This document shows positions 18,148 through 27,550 of a stretch of 64,000 nucleotides of DNA, piece by piece. The notes beneath the pieces were generated by a model, which saw nothing but the letters and a program-made list of their open reading frames with translations, was not told where the DNA came from and did not search any database. This stretch comes from Verrucomicrobiia bacterium (lineage in GTDB: Bacteria > Verrucomicrobiota > Verrucomicrobiia > Limisphaerales > UBA11358). The first letter of the stretch is position 1; each line of letters starts with the position of its first letter. The stretch spans positions 3,917-67,916 of the forward strand of contig JBAVOO010000049.1 in assembly GCA_049692125.1 (NCBI GenBank). Direction: 5' to 3'. The position numbers and the translations under genes are program-made.

Positions 18148-19026
18148 TCACTGTGCGATTTCAGCCCGGACACGGTAGAAGCGGCCAGCCGGCGGCGCAT
18201 TGGAATCGTTCAAACTCACAACCTTGCCGGTTCCGGTTAAGGATCCGGGCAGCGGCGTCCATGCGGAACCCGCCAGCGAGTCCTTGTATTCCAAACTGTA
18301 GCGCAAACCGGTTGCGCACCCAAACGAGACCATGACATGGTCTCCGCTCCGGTGGATGGCGGTGATGGTGGGCGGCTGCAAAATAACAATGGGCGGCTTA
18401 CCAAGTTGTGGTTGTGGCGTTCTCGGAGCAGAAACAACTGTCAGCTTCGCCACAGAACTGGCAACAGAGCTGGCGGAGTTGCTGACCTTGACAAAATAAT
18501 TTCCGCCTTGGGAAGACCGGACCGAATTTAATTTGAGGAATGAAGCGGTCTGATTCCCGAGCTTTGTATTGTTAAAATACCACTGATAAGCCATCGGCGT
18601 GGCTCCTGAGGCAACGACAGAAAAGGTGACATTGGCTCCCGCAACAACCGTCTGGCTCACCGGGTTGCTTTGGATTACAGGCGCAGCGGCGGCCGGCGTT
18701 GTAGCACTGGCTATGTTGGAATAGTCGGAATGCCCCGCCGCATTATAGGCCCACACCCGATAGTAATATGTCGTCGAAGCCTGCACACCGGTGTCCAGAC
18801 AAGTGGTCAGCGGAGCCAGCACTGTCGCAACCGTTGTCCACGGCCCGCTCAAGGAAGTTGCCCGATCAATCCCAAATCCGATCTCGTTGCTGGAAGCACA
18901 GCTCCAGCCCAGCAGCAGGCTGGCTTGTCCCGATGAAGCCGTCCTCGCCCGCAACTCTGACGGGAACAACCCGCAGACCAAACCCAGACCGTACAGAATG
19001 AACCAAGCTCTCAAACTCCAATTCAT
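18148..19026 (-). CDS. Secreted FN3 + Ig-like (I-set) domain protein
   Basis: 292 aa with a signal peptide. FN3 pattern: [19 protein letters not shown]. Ig pattern: [31 protein letters not shown]...GNYFVKVSN. Confidence 0.7.
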   Translation of the reverse strand: MNWSLRAWFILYGLGLVCGLFPSELRARTASSGQASLLLGWSCASSNEIGFGIDRATSLSGPWTTVATVLAPLTTCLDTGVQASTTYYYRVWAYNAAGHSDYSNIASATTPAAAAPVIQSNPVSQTVVAGANVTFSVVASGATPMAYQWYFNNTKLGNQTASFLKLNSVRSSQGGNYFVKVSNSASSVASSVAKLTVVSAPRTPQPQLGKPPIVILQPPTITAIHRSGDHVMVSFGCATGLRYSLEYKDSLAGSAWTPLPGSLTGTGKVVSLNDSNAPPAGRFYRVRAEIAQ

Positions 19027-19826
19027 AAACGCACTGTAATGCCGCTTTTTTTGAGAAATTTTTTGACATCACCCACGGTGTATTCGCCCAAATGAAAAAT
19101 GCTCGCGGCGAGGACGGCATCGGCCTTGCCTTCGAGCAGCACCTCGGCCATGTGCTCCAAACTGCCCGCGCCGCCGCTGGCCACCACCGGCACCCCGACC
19201 GACTCGCTGATGCGCCGCGTGATGACCAGGTCAAACCCGGCCTTCGTGCCGTCGGCATCAATGCTGTTCAAAACGATTTCGCCCGCGCCCAACGACACGG
19301 CGCGTTTGGCCCATTCGACGGCGTCCAGCCCGGTCGGCTTGCGGGCGCCATGCGAAAAGACCCCCCATTTGTCCGGCTCCACCTTCCGGCAATCAATGCT
19401 CACCACGATGCACTGGCTGCCGAATTTTTCCGCTCCCGCACGAATCAAGTCGGGATTCGCCAAGGCCGAGGAATTAATGCTGATTTTATCTGCGCCGGCG
19501 CGCAGCATCGTGAACATGTCGTCCACGGTGCGCAGCCCGCCGCCGACGGTCAACGGCATGAAACACTGGTCGGCGGCGCGTTCAATCACATCCACCATCG
19601 TCGCCCGGTCGTGGGCGGTGGCGGTGATGTCGAAGAACACCATTTCGTCCGCGCCCTGTTCGTTGTAACGGAGCGCCAGCTCGACCGGGTCGCCGACGTT
19701 GCGCAACTCACCCGCCTCGGCCTTGCCGAATTGGATGCCGCGCGTGACTTTGCCGTCATGCACGTCGAGGCACGGTATGACTCGTTTGGCGATCACGGTT
19801 TCATTAAAACCCGGCGGGCGGCGCAA
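19023..19826 (-). CDS. hisF: Imidazole glycerol phosphate synthase cyclase subunit
   Basis: Motifs: [42 protein letters not shown]. Confidence 0.9.
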   Translation of the reverse strand: MRRPPGFNETVIAKRVIPCLDVHDGKVTRGIQFGKAEAGELRNVGDPVELALRYNEQGADEMVFFDITATAHDRATMVDVIERAADQCFMPLTVGGGLRTVDDMFTMLRAGADKISINSSALANPDLIRAGAEKFGSQCIVVSIDCRKVEPDKWGVFSHGARKPTGLDAVEWAKRAVSLGAGEIVLNSIDADGTKAGFDLVITRRISESVGVPVVASGGAGSLEHMAEVLLEGKADAVLAASIFHLGEYTVGDVKKFLKKSGITVRL

Positions 19827-19964
19827 GGCAACTCATTCCGGTAGATTGAACTTTTCGTTTTGTTGCCGGGCGGCGCCGGGCGTGCCGAGAATTTCCTTGA
19901 CGCGCGGCTTCAAGAAATTAAGGTGGCGGCACTAAAGCGAGTTGTTTCAAAATTAAAAAAGGCT

Positions 19965-20378
19965 ATGAAATTTTATCCTCTCATCCCGACCGGTCTTGCT
20001 TCGTTATCGTGTGGATTGCTGCTCACCGGCTGCACCAGCACCGAGTACGGCCATACCAGCCCTTATCAGCCCGGCCCGGTCGCCGGCAAAACCGTCGGCA
20101 ACGCCGTCGGGGTCACCGCCGGCAATGTTGCCGGCTTCGGCGTTGGCACTGTCGAGGGCGTCGCGCATGGCATGGCAGCGCCGTTCGATCCCAGCTACCA
20201 CATGGTGCGCCAATGGCGCACGGAAACGACGTCCGATGGCCGGACGATTCAGGTGCCGTACGATGTTTTGGTGGATAAATATGGCCGCCCGGTGCCCATG
20301 CCGGCGCCGACGGGGAATCCCGCTCCGCCTCCGATCACACCACCGCCGCCACCAGCAACAAACGCCGTGACCAAATAA
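19965..20378 (+). CDS. Small Gly-rich / Pro-rich lipoprotein
   Basis: The start is at MKFYPLIPTGLASLSCGLLLTGC, which contains a lipobox. A Gly-zipper-like segment (GNAVGVTAGNVAGFGVG) is present. The tail is Pro-rich. Confidence 0.6.
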   Translation: MKFYPLIPTGLASLSCGLLLTGCTSTEYGHTSPYQPGPVAGKTVGNAVGVTAGNVAGFGVGTVEGVAHGMAAPFDPSYHMVRQWRTETTSDGRTIQVPYDVLVDKYGRPVPMPAPTGNPAPPPITPPPPPATNAVTK

Positions 20379-20405
20379 ATTTAGGAACCGAAAACCAATC
20401 AAGCC

Positions 20406-21620
20406 ATGAAAATACTAAAACATTTGTTTCTGACGGCACTGCTGGCCGGTTCTCTGCCCAGTCTCATCCGTGCCCAAACCAATCCCATTGAAACGGATGC
20501 GAATCTCAAGGACAGCACCACCCATGTCGTCGTGGAGCGCAAAGTCTATGAAACCACCAAGACCTATCAGCAGGACACGCCGCGCGATGTGCAGCGTAAA
20601 ATCGCCATCATCGTGCAAAATCGCGGCTCCGCCGCACTCAACGACAAGGTTCCGGTGCTGGAAGACCTGGTGAACAGCCGCGTGGCGGGCAAAGGTTTTT
20701 CCGTCATCTCGCGGGATGATGTCACACGGTCGCTGAAAGATTATTCCACCGGCAAAGATCCCAACGGCGAGTTGGGCGCATTGGATCGTTCGCTGGAAGC
20801 TAATAGTTCCGCGCTGCGGCTCGCTCAGAATTTGGGCGCGGATTACATTCTGGTTCCTTCCATTGTCAGCCTCGGCACGGAAAAGAAAAACTATTCCGGC
20901 AACGGCATCAATACGCTGAACATCACGCACAAGCTCCGTGTGACCTACAAAATTGTGGAGGCGGGCCAGGGCGGTGCGGTGCGCGGCGGCGCGTTCACCT
21001 CGGAAAAAACCATCCGGCAGACAGCGGATTTGCAGACCGATAGCAGCGACGTGATCAACGAACTGCTCGATGATGCGGCGGAACAACTGGCCGATGCCAT
21101 TGTGCAAAACGCCCCATCGTTGCCGGCGGAAGTGGCGAAGGCCGCGATGGTCAACTTCAACGTGAGTTGCTCGATGACCGATCCGCGCCAGCAGCCGATT
21201 TTGATCTCCGCACTCGGCATCACCGCAGACAACCATGTCGTGTTGACCAATCAACCGATTGCCGTCCAGGCGATGGATGTGACGGTGGAATTGGACGGGG
21301 TTGCGCTCGGCTCCGCGCCCGGATCATTCCAAGGGCGTCCGGGTTTGCACAAAATCCGACTGTCGCGTGAAGGTTTTGATCCTTGGGAACGCACGGTCAA
21401 CATTTATGAAGGCCAGAATCTGCGCGTGGCCTTGCAAATGAGCAACGCCGGTTATGCGCGTTGGGCGGACACGACGGCCTTTCTGGCCACACTGGATGCG
21501 AACCGCAAATTGACCGACGCCGAGGTGAAACGCATCGAAGGCATTGCCGAATTCTTCAAGAACAGCCATTATCGGGTGGACACGAAGGAAAACATCAAAA
21601 TTTACAAGAGCCTTTACTAA
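20406..21620 (+). CDS. Secreted protein with CsgG/LpoB-like N-region and PEGA domain
   Basis: 404 aa with a signal peptide. The N-region is KIAIIVQNRGSA...LEDLVNSRVAGKGFSVISRDD...GADYILVPSIV. The PEGA-like segment is VELDGVALGSAPGSFQGRPGLHKIRLSREGFDPWERTV. Confidence 0.6.
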   Translation: MKILKHLFLTALLAGSLPSLIRAQTNPIETDANLKDSTTHVVVERKVYETTKTYQQDTPRDVQRKIAIIVQNRGSAALNDKVPVLEDLVNSRVAGKGFSVISRDDVTRSLKDYSTGKDPNGELGALDRSLEANSSALRLAQNLGADYILVPSIVSLGTEKKNYSGNGINTLNITHKLRVTYKIVEAGQGGAVRGGAFTSEKTIRQTADLQTDSSDVINELLDDAAEQLADAIVQNAPSLPAEVAKAAMVNFNVSCSMTDPRQQPILISALGITADNHVVLTNQPIAVQAMDVTVELDGVALGSAPGSFQGRPGLHKIRLSREGFDPWERTVNIYEGQNLRVALQMSNAGYARWADTTAFLATLDANRKLTDAEVKRIEGIAEFFKNSHYRVDTKENIKIYKSLY

Positions 21621-21640
21621 AGTCTTAACAAAAAAAATCT

Positions 21641-22546
21641 ATGAACCTTCAATCACTACGCAATATCGGTTTGGGTATTTTGAGCCTGGCACTGGTTCCC
21701 GCAATCGTTTCCGCCCAGGAAGGCAAGGCCACGCTGGCTGTGTCCTCCATCAAACCCACGCCGTCGCTGGCGGCTTCGGTCAAGCCGGACAAAAAACTGG
21801 AAATGGGCCGCATTGTCGAGTCGCTCGACAGCCAGTTGATTGACCGCATCAACGCGACACGCAAGTTCGACGTTGTCGGCCGCAGCGACTTGAACGACAT
21901 CATCAAGGAGCAGGACCTCGGCGCGTCCGGCAACGTGGACGCGAAGACCGCCGCCAAGGCCGGCAAGCTGACCGGCGCGAAATATCTGCTGGTGACGACC
22001 GTGGACGATTTCGAGGATTACGTTGAGACGGCTACGTTCGAAGGCACGGGCCGGAGCGCCACCAAGCGCGTTTTGCGCATGTCGGTCGTGGGCAAAATTT
22101 ACGATTCGAGCACCGGCAAGCTGCTGGAGTCGGTGAATCTCCAAACCGGCAACGACGCCTTCAAGACCATCCAGCAAAACAGCAGTTACTCGGTCGGGGA
22201 CGGCGATTTGAGCGACGATATGATGGTCGCGATGGCGCGTGATCTGGCCGAGAAAATCGCCAATCGCGTCGCGGATGTCATCTTCCCCGCGAAGGTCCTC
22301 GTCAAGCGCGACAACGAGGTCACGATCAATCGCGGCGAAGGTGGCGGCGTGGCCGTGGGCGACACGTTCAACGTGTTTGCCTTGGGCGAGGAATTGATTG
22401 ACCCGGACACCAAGGAATCTCTCGGTCGTGAAGAGGCCAAGGTGGGCAGAGTGAAGATCACCCAGGTCAACCCGAAGACCTCGACGGCGCAAATTTTGGA
22501 AGACACCGGCATTGACAAAGGCGCGATCCTGCGAAAACCGCAGTAA
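21641..22546 (+). CDS. CsgG-family-like periplasmic protein with C-terminal beta-barrel (FlgT_C-like) domain
   Basis: 301 aa with a signal peptide and no lipobox. Pattern: LDSQLIDRINATRKFDVVGRSDLNDIIKEQDLGASG...GKLTGAKYLLVTTVDDF. The C-terminus is GVAVGDTFNVFALGEE...VGRVKITQV. Confidence 0.6.
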   Translation: MNLQSLRNIGLGILSLALVPAIVSAQEGKATLAVSSIKPTPSLAASVKPDKKLEMGRIVESLDSQLIDRINATRKFDVVGRSDLNDIIKEQDLGASGNVDAKTAAKAGKLTGAKYLLVTTVDDFEDYVETATFEGTGRSATKRVLRMSVVGKIYDSSTGKLLESVNLQTGNDAFKTIQQNSSYSVGDGDLSDDMMVAMARDLAEKIANRVADVIFPAKVLVKRDNEVTINRGEGGGVAVGDTFNVFALGEELIDPDTKESLGREEAKVGRVKITQVNPKTSTAQILEDTGIDKGAILRKPQ

Positions 22547-22580
22547 AATCCCCCCGGAAGGAATCAAAGTGACACCGCTC

Positions 22581-23993
22581 ATGCGAGTTGTGCGCAAACG
22601 GGGCATCCAACCGCTCCTTTTTGCTGCGGCCATCAGCCTGCTGGCAACCGGTTGCCGGACTTACGAACAACAAAATCGCGTCATTCAGTATTGGCATCAG
22701 GGCAATCTGACGAGCGCAGCAGCCGAAGCCACCAAAATGGCCGGCCAAAACGCCAATAACAAGGACGCCATCGTCTGGCGGCTGGAACAGGGGGCGGTGC
22801 TGCGCGGCAATGGCCAGTGCGAAGCCAGCAACAAGGCGTTTGATCAGGCGCAGGATCGCATTGACCAATATTCGCAGGAGGCCAAGGTAAAAATCGGCAA
22901 CGAGGCCGGCGCGCTGCTTTCCAACCAGGCCAACCTGCCCTACACCGGCCGCGCCTATGACGGCATCATGCTGAACACCTACAAGGCGCTGAATTATCTT
23001 CAACTGGGCGAAACCGACAAGGCCCGCGTGGAACTCATCCGCGCCTACCAGCGCCAGCAGGACGCTGTGGCGGACAATCAACGGCGCATCGAAAAAGTCC
23101 AGGGCGAAGCCGCCAAGAGCAAGGACAAGGCGGCGATGGACAAGGCGCAACAGGACCCGAAATTCAAGGACCAAATGCAGGGCGCTTACACCGGCCTCGA
23201 CAATCTCCAAGCCTATGCCAACTACGTCAACCCGTTCACCGTTTATCTCGACGGCCTGTATTTCATGGCCGATGCCGTGGACGCCTCGGATTTGGAGCGC
23301 GCCCGCAAATCATTCGAGCGCATTGTGGGATTTGATCCGGACAACGAGTACGTCAAACAGGATCTGGCCACGGTGGACGATTTGATGAACGGCAAACCGC
23401 TGCCGCCGACGACTTACGTCATTTTTGAAACCGGCTGCGCCCCCGTTCGCGGGCAAATCCGCATAGATATTCCGATCATTGTCACCAGGGTGTCCTACGT
23501 CGGCGCGGCGTTTCCCACGCTCAAGCCCCAGGGCGATTACCTCCCCAGCCTGACCGTGACGGCCAATGGCACGAACGCGACGACCAGTCTGGTCGCCAGC
23601 ATGGACAGCGTCATTGGCCTTGATTTCAAAAACGAACTGCCGATCGTCATCACCAAGACAATTGCCTCCACCGTTGCCAAGGCGGTGGCCGCCTATGCTG
23701 TCAACGCGGCGGCCAATCAACAAAACAGCTGGCTTGGTTTGGCCTCCCAGATTGGAACGGCGGTTGCCCAGGCCGCCGTCAACATCGCTGACGAACGCAC
23801 CTGGACGACGTTGCCGAAGCAGTTTCAGGTCTGCCGCATCCCCACGCCATCCGACCGCAAAATTGAACTGGAAACGCCCGGTGGCGGTCAAAGAATCCCG
23901 GTGACAATCGAGGACGGCGCGATTAACATTGTGTACGTCAAGTCCATCACCGCCACCAGCCCGCTGCTGGTGACACAAATAAAATTGAAATGA
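22581..23993 (+). CDS. TPR-like lipoprotein (COG3014-like, uncharacterised)
   Basis: The start is at MRVVRKRGIQPLLFAAAISLLATGC, which contains a lipobox. Helical N-half: GIMLNTYKALNYLQLGETDKARVELIRAY. The stop overlaps the ycfL-like start by 4 nt. Confidence 0.55.
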   Translation: MRVVRKRGIQPLLFAAAISLLATGCRTYEQQNRVIQYWHQGNLTSAAAEATKMAGQNANNKDAIVWRLEQGAVLRGNGQCEASNKAFDQAQDRIDQYSQEAKVKIGNEAGALLSNQANLPYTGRAYDGIMLNTYKALNYLQLGETDKARVELIRAYQRQQDAVADNQRRIEKVQGEAAKSKDKAAMDKAQQDPKFKDQMQGAYTGLDNLQAYANYVNPFTVYLDGLYFMADAVDASDLERARKSFERIVGFDPDNEYVKQDLATVDDLMNGKPLPPTTYVIFETGCAPVRGQIRIDIPIIVTRVSYVGAAFPTLKPQGDYLPSLTVTANGTNATTSLVASMDSVIGLDFKNELPIVITKTIASTVAKAVAAYAVNAAANQQNSWLGLASQIGTAVAQAAVNIADERTWTTLPKQFQVCRIPTPSDRKIELETPGGGQRIPVTIEDGAINIVYVKSITATSPLLVTQIKLK

Positions 23994-24403
23994 AAACGAG
24001 AATTATTCTTTCACTGGCCGGAATGGTCCTGCTTGCCGTAACGGGTTGCACCTCGGTGAACACCATCGAAAACGCCCAGAAGGAAGGCCAGCGCCAGATG
24101 GTTTCCGACCAGCGCGTCATCACTGACGGCAGCCTCGCCAAAAAGGTTTCCTTTGTCGGCGTCAATCAAACCATGACCCCGGGGGGGTTGCTCAAAGTCC
24201 AGATCGAACTGCTCAACCTCAAACGCTCGCTCCAGCGTTTCAGCTACCAGTTCCAGTGGTTCGACGCCAGCGGCATGCAGATCAACAACGTCGCCTCACC
24301 AACCATTCCCGACCAGATTGAAGGCGGGGAAAGCAAATTCATTTCCAGCGTGGCGCCCACGCCGGCCTGCAAAGATTTTCGAGTCAAGTTCATCGAAAAC
24401 TAA
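23990..24403 (+). CDS. YcfL-family lipoprotein (DUF1425-like)
   Basis: 137 aa with lipobox LLAVTGC. Pattern: LLKVQIELLNLKRSLQRFSYQFQWFDASGMQI. Confidence 0.6.
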   Translation: MKTRIILSLAGMVLLAVTGCTSVNTIENAQKEGQRQMVSDQRVITDGSLAKKVSFVGVNQTMTPGGLLKVQIELLNLKRSLQRFSYQFQWFDASGMQINNVASPTIPDQIEGGESKFISSVAPTPACKDFRVKFIEN

Positions 24404-24425
24404 TCACCCTTAACCGAAATATCCC

Positions 24426-25019
24426 ATGAAAAAAACCGTTCTGTTGTCCATCCTGGCCGCGGCCATCCCGTTTGTTGTCGGCGGTTGCGCCAGCGCGCAC
24501 TATGTTGAAACCGGCGGACGCGAAAGCGTCGTCACCGTCGGTCAGATCAACATTCAGGATTACATCCAGGCCGCCAACGCCGCGACGAGTGACTTGCTGG
24601 CGTCCGGCGCGCTCGACAAGGTGGCCACTCCGCCCGCCGTGCTGGCCATCAGCCGCATCGTCAACAACACCGGCCAGCAGATTGACACCGACCTGCTCAC
24701 CAAGAAAATCCGCGTCGCCCTGTTAAACAGCGGCAAGGCCCAGACGACCACCACGATGGGGCTGGGCGGCACCGCCGAGGATCCGATGGCCAAGGGACTC
24801 CAGCAGGAAAACGAATTCATGAATGACCAGAAGACCACGCGCAAACCGGATTTCACCCTTTCGGGCAAGATCATTCAAACCATCGCGCGGGCTGGCAACA
24901 CCCGCCAGGCCACTTACAGTTTCCAACTCTCGCTGACCGACACCAGGACCGGCCTGGCCGTTTGGGAAGGCGAAAAGGAAATCACCAAACAGGGCGCACG
25001 CCCGTCCGTCGGCTTCTGA
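24426..25019 (+). CDS. lpoB: LpoB-family lipoprotein (penicillin-binding protein activator-like)
   Basis: 197 aa with lipobox VVGGC. Pattern: LAISRIVNNTGQQIDTDLLTKKIRVALLNSGK ... DFTLSGKI...YSFQLSLTDTRTGLAVWEGEKEITKQG. Confidence 0.65.
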   Translation: MKKTVLLSILAAAIPFVVGGCASAHYVETGGRESVVTVGQINIQDYIQAANAATSDLLASGALDKVATPPAVLAISRIVNNTGQQIDTDLLTKKIRVALLNSGKAQTTTTMGLGGTAEDPMAKGLQQENEFMNDQKTTRKPDFTLSGKIIQTIARAGNTRQATYSFQLSLTDTRTGLAVWEGEKEITKQGARPSVGF

Positions 25020-25221
25020 TGGCGATTGGAATTTGTTTCAGCGCCGGTTGGGAACACCCCGACCGGCGTTTTTATCTTGCCGGGCGCTGAAACTTATTTG
25101 TCCCGCCCACCGTCTGAGGAAACAGAAGCGGTCGTGGAAGCGGTGTTAACAACCGGCCACGGCAGGTTGATTTTTGAATGTGGGAATGCCGTTTGTTGTC
25201 TGACAAAATGGATTCTGGATT

Positions 25222-25950
25222 ATGAAACTACATGTTCTGACTTTGGCGTTGGCGGCTTCGGCGGTCGGGTTGACGGGTTGTGTGTCACCGAATGGCAGGC
25301 CGGATTACACAGGAACGGGTGCTTTGGAGGGTGGAGCCATTGGCGCGGTTTCAGGCGCTGCAATTGGCGGACGGCATGCCGGCGAAGGCGCTTTGATTGG
25401 TGCTGCGGCTGGCATGATTGCCGGCGGCTTGATCGGACATTCGATGGACCAGCAACAGCAGGAACAGCTGCGTCGGCAGGCGCCGCAAACTTATGTGCGG
25501 GTGGACCAGGGACAACCGCTGGGCGTGGCGGATGTCAAGGCGCTCGCAAAAGCGGGCATCAGTGAAGACGTGATCATCAGCCAGATTCAAAACTCGCGGA
25601 CAGTTTACCATTTGAGTGCGGCGGACATCATTGACCTGCGCGACGCGGGGGTGACGGACAAAGTCGTCAATTACATGATCAACACGCCGTCCACCGCAGG
25701 CGCCGCAGCCCCGGCCAGCACCATGGTTGTCCAGCAGGCTCCGCCGCCGCCACCGGCGGAAACGGTTGTGGTCGCCGCACCGGGGCCGGGTTACGTCTGG
25801 ATTGGCGGCGACTATGATTGGAATGGCATCTCTTGGGTGTGGATCGGGGGACACTGGGCCTATCCGCCTTACCCGTACGCCGTGTGGATTAGCGGACGTG
25901 TCTGGCATGATCGCTATGGCTGGCACCATGCCCGTGGATACTGGCGTTAA
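25222..25950 (+). CDS. Glycine-zipper lipoprotein with C-terminal YXWGXW-type repeats
   Basis: 242 aa with lipobox GLTGC. Gly-zipper: GGAIGAVSGAAIGG...GAAAGMIAGGLIG. The C-terminus is GYVWIGGDYDWNGISWVWIGGHWAYPP...YGWHHARGYWR. Confidence 0.65.
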   Translation: MKLHVLTLALAASAVGLTGCVSPNGRPDYTGTGALEGGAIGAVSGAAIGGRHAGEGALIGAAAGMIAGGLIGHSMDQQQQEQLRRQAPQTYVRVDQGQPLGVADVKALAKAGISEDVIISQIQNSRTVYHLSAADIIDLRDAGVTDKVVNYMINTPSTAGAAAPASTMVVQQAPPPPPAETVVVAAPGPGYVWIGGDYDWNGISWVWIGGHWAYPPYPYAVWISGRVWHDRYGWHHARGYWR

Positions 25951-26606
25951 TTCCCGCGCATCAAAGCGACGCGCAGACAGATCCCCGTTCTCCACCGCTC
26001 CTGCCGAAGAATGGTAGCCACGGGCGTCAGTCCGCGCTGATTTTAACACTGGGCGGGGTTCAATGCAGAGGCACAAAAAGCAGGTTTGCGCCGACTCACG
26101 TCGTCGGCTACGGCGCTCGCAAGGTGAATGCAGTTTCAAACACACCTCCCGACAAAATACGACTTGGAGCCGATTGTCGGCATTGCACTTGCTGGAGATG
26201 ATAACAGGATTCGGGCGGTGGCCAACGCACTACGGCTCCCCTAAAAAAACGGGCCGTTTCTCCGATGCCACTGCCTGAATCCGATATTCGCCGCGCTTTA
26301 AACGGAGAATTTTTTGAAACCGGGAGGGGGAGCGTCCTCGCGAACCGTGACTTCCCGGAAAACAGGGCTTGTCGGAAGCATCGCCCATCCACACCCGCCG
26401 GACAGTTTTGTTCCAGATGAAATGCCAGTTAACAACCCGCTAAAAAAGCAGCAGCCGACGTGAGGAGGCTCTGAATGATCGTTTCCAAGGAAATTTAAGC
26501 CTCGTCACCTCCACCCTCCGTCCCGCATTGCGGGACTACGGAGGACGGGTCGGCTGCCACGAGAAAAGACGTTTTTGAACGGACGGTTAAAGCCGGTCCT
26601 TGCGAT

Positions 26607-26942
26607 TCAATGCCGCCAGGGGTATCGGTGCCGCAGCACCGGGTAGAGAAGGTCCGGGATGGCTTCTGATTCGCCGTCGTTCCAGGTTCGATCCGAGGCA
26701 GCGGTTGGAAGCGCGAATGGATTTTCAGTCATTGTCTTCATCCGGCCCTCCCGGGTTGCCAGCCGGTGGATGCCGAAGCCAACCAGCCCCACAACGACGA
26801 GCATTGAAAAACACATCGCAAGAAAGCCAAGTTCGGCGAGTGCCCTGCGAACGGCAGGGAAAAAAAGACTGATGAGCATCACCAAGCCTGCCAGTTGGGC
26901 GACCAACCCCACGGTATCAGCTCCTTGTCTTCGTCGTGCCAT
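26607..26942 (-). CDS. Hypothetical small membrane protein (2 predicted TM helices)
   Basis: Only the part from MARRRQGADTVGLVAQLAGLVMLISLFF... looks protein-like. I recognise no family. It lies in a repeat-rich region. Confidence 0.3.
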   Translation of the reverse strand: MARRRQGADTVGLVAQLAGLVMLISLFFPAVRRALAELGFLAMCFSMLVVVGLVGFGIHRLATREGRMKTMTENPFALPTAASDRTWNDGESEAIPDLLYPVLRHRYPWRH

Positions 26943-27194
26943 TTGACCGCAAATCGCACGTTCCATGCCAAAGGCGACGGGAACATGCGAAAAGCGGGGG
27001 TATCGCGCCGCGCTGTCACACGGTTGCCTTTGGGCGCAACCGGGGACACTGCCACCGTTCGGTGTCCCGCCTTTAGGCGGTCCGCGTGGTGCATCCAGCA
27101 TTTACCGTCCCGCCGAGCGCAGAACGGGACGCCGCAACGAGCGTGTGGAAACTTGTTTACTTCGCCGCCCGACGAAATATATTGGCGCACTGTT

Positions 27195-27281
27195 GCCGAC
27201 GTGGCGGAACTGGCAGACGCGCCAGACTCAAAATCTGGTACTCGTGAGAGTGTGTGGGTTCGACCCCCTCCGTCGGCACCA
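27195..27281 (+). tRNA. tRNA-Leu (anticodon CAA), class II with long variable arm, CCA encoded
   Basis: Hand-folded. Acceptor GCCGACG/CGTCGGC. Anticodon stem CCAGA/TCTGG with loop CTCAAAA. Variable-arm stem CTC/GAG. T-loop TTCGACC. There is one U-U mismatch in the T-stem (pair 50-64). Confidence 0.8.
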
Positions 27282-27282
27282 T
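27259..27282 (+). repeat. Left copy of 24-nt direct repeat (tRNA-Leu T-loop to 3' end); putative attL
   Basis: TTCGACCCCCTCCGTCGGCACCAT compared with 52178-52201 TTCGCCCCCCTCCGTCGGCATCAT gives 22/24 identity. The core is a perfect 15-mer. Confidence 0.6.
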
Positions 27283-27550
27283 CTAAATCAACGACTTACG
27301 TTTGATTGCTTGTGAGACTTTAGCCAAAGTTTGTCCCAAAAGGACAAACTTTGCCTTCAAACAACCTGTGCCGTGTTGGCAAGGGTTTTGGTCAAAAACG
27401 GCCATCGGTCGATGAATTCCAGGACAGACTATGGTCGTATTTGGTTTCCCCTGTGGGTGGTTGAACGTCGCAGTCTCAGCGGCTTGGTTCAATGGTGGTA
27501 TACGCCTGCCATTATTTGCGCAGTGTCCTCCGATAGGCTATCCTCTCGCC

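Noticed and set aside
20415-23978. Minus-strand ORFs of 279, 325, 247 and 222 aa
   Set aside because: They are antisense to the plus-strand lipoprotein/CsgG-like cluster, whose products have signal peptides, lipoboxes and family patterns. The minus-strand products are Arg/Gly/Ala-rich.
25026-25565. 179-aa plus-strand ORF overlapping the glycine-zipper lipoprotein gene
   Set aside because: It is an alternative frame of the same strand with Cys/Arg/Gly-rich nonsense composition. The 25222 frame has a lipobox and recognisable repeats.
26108-26392. 94-aa minus-strand ORF in the gene-poor region
   Set aside because: It has no motifs. It spans hairpin/repeat-like sequence (for example GGGAGCGTCCTCGCGAACCGTGAC) and is likely non-coding.
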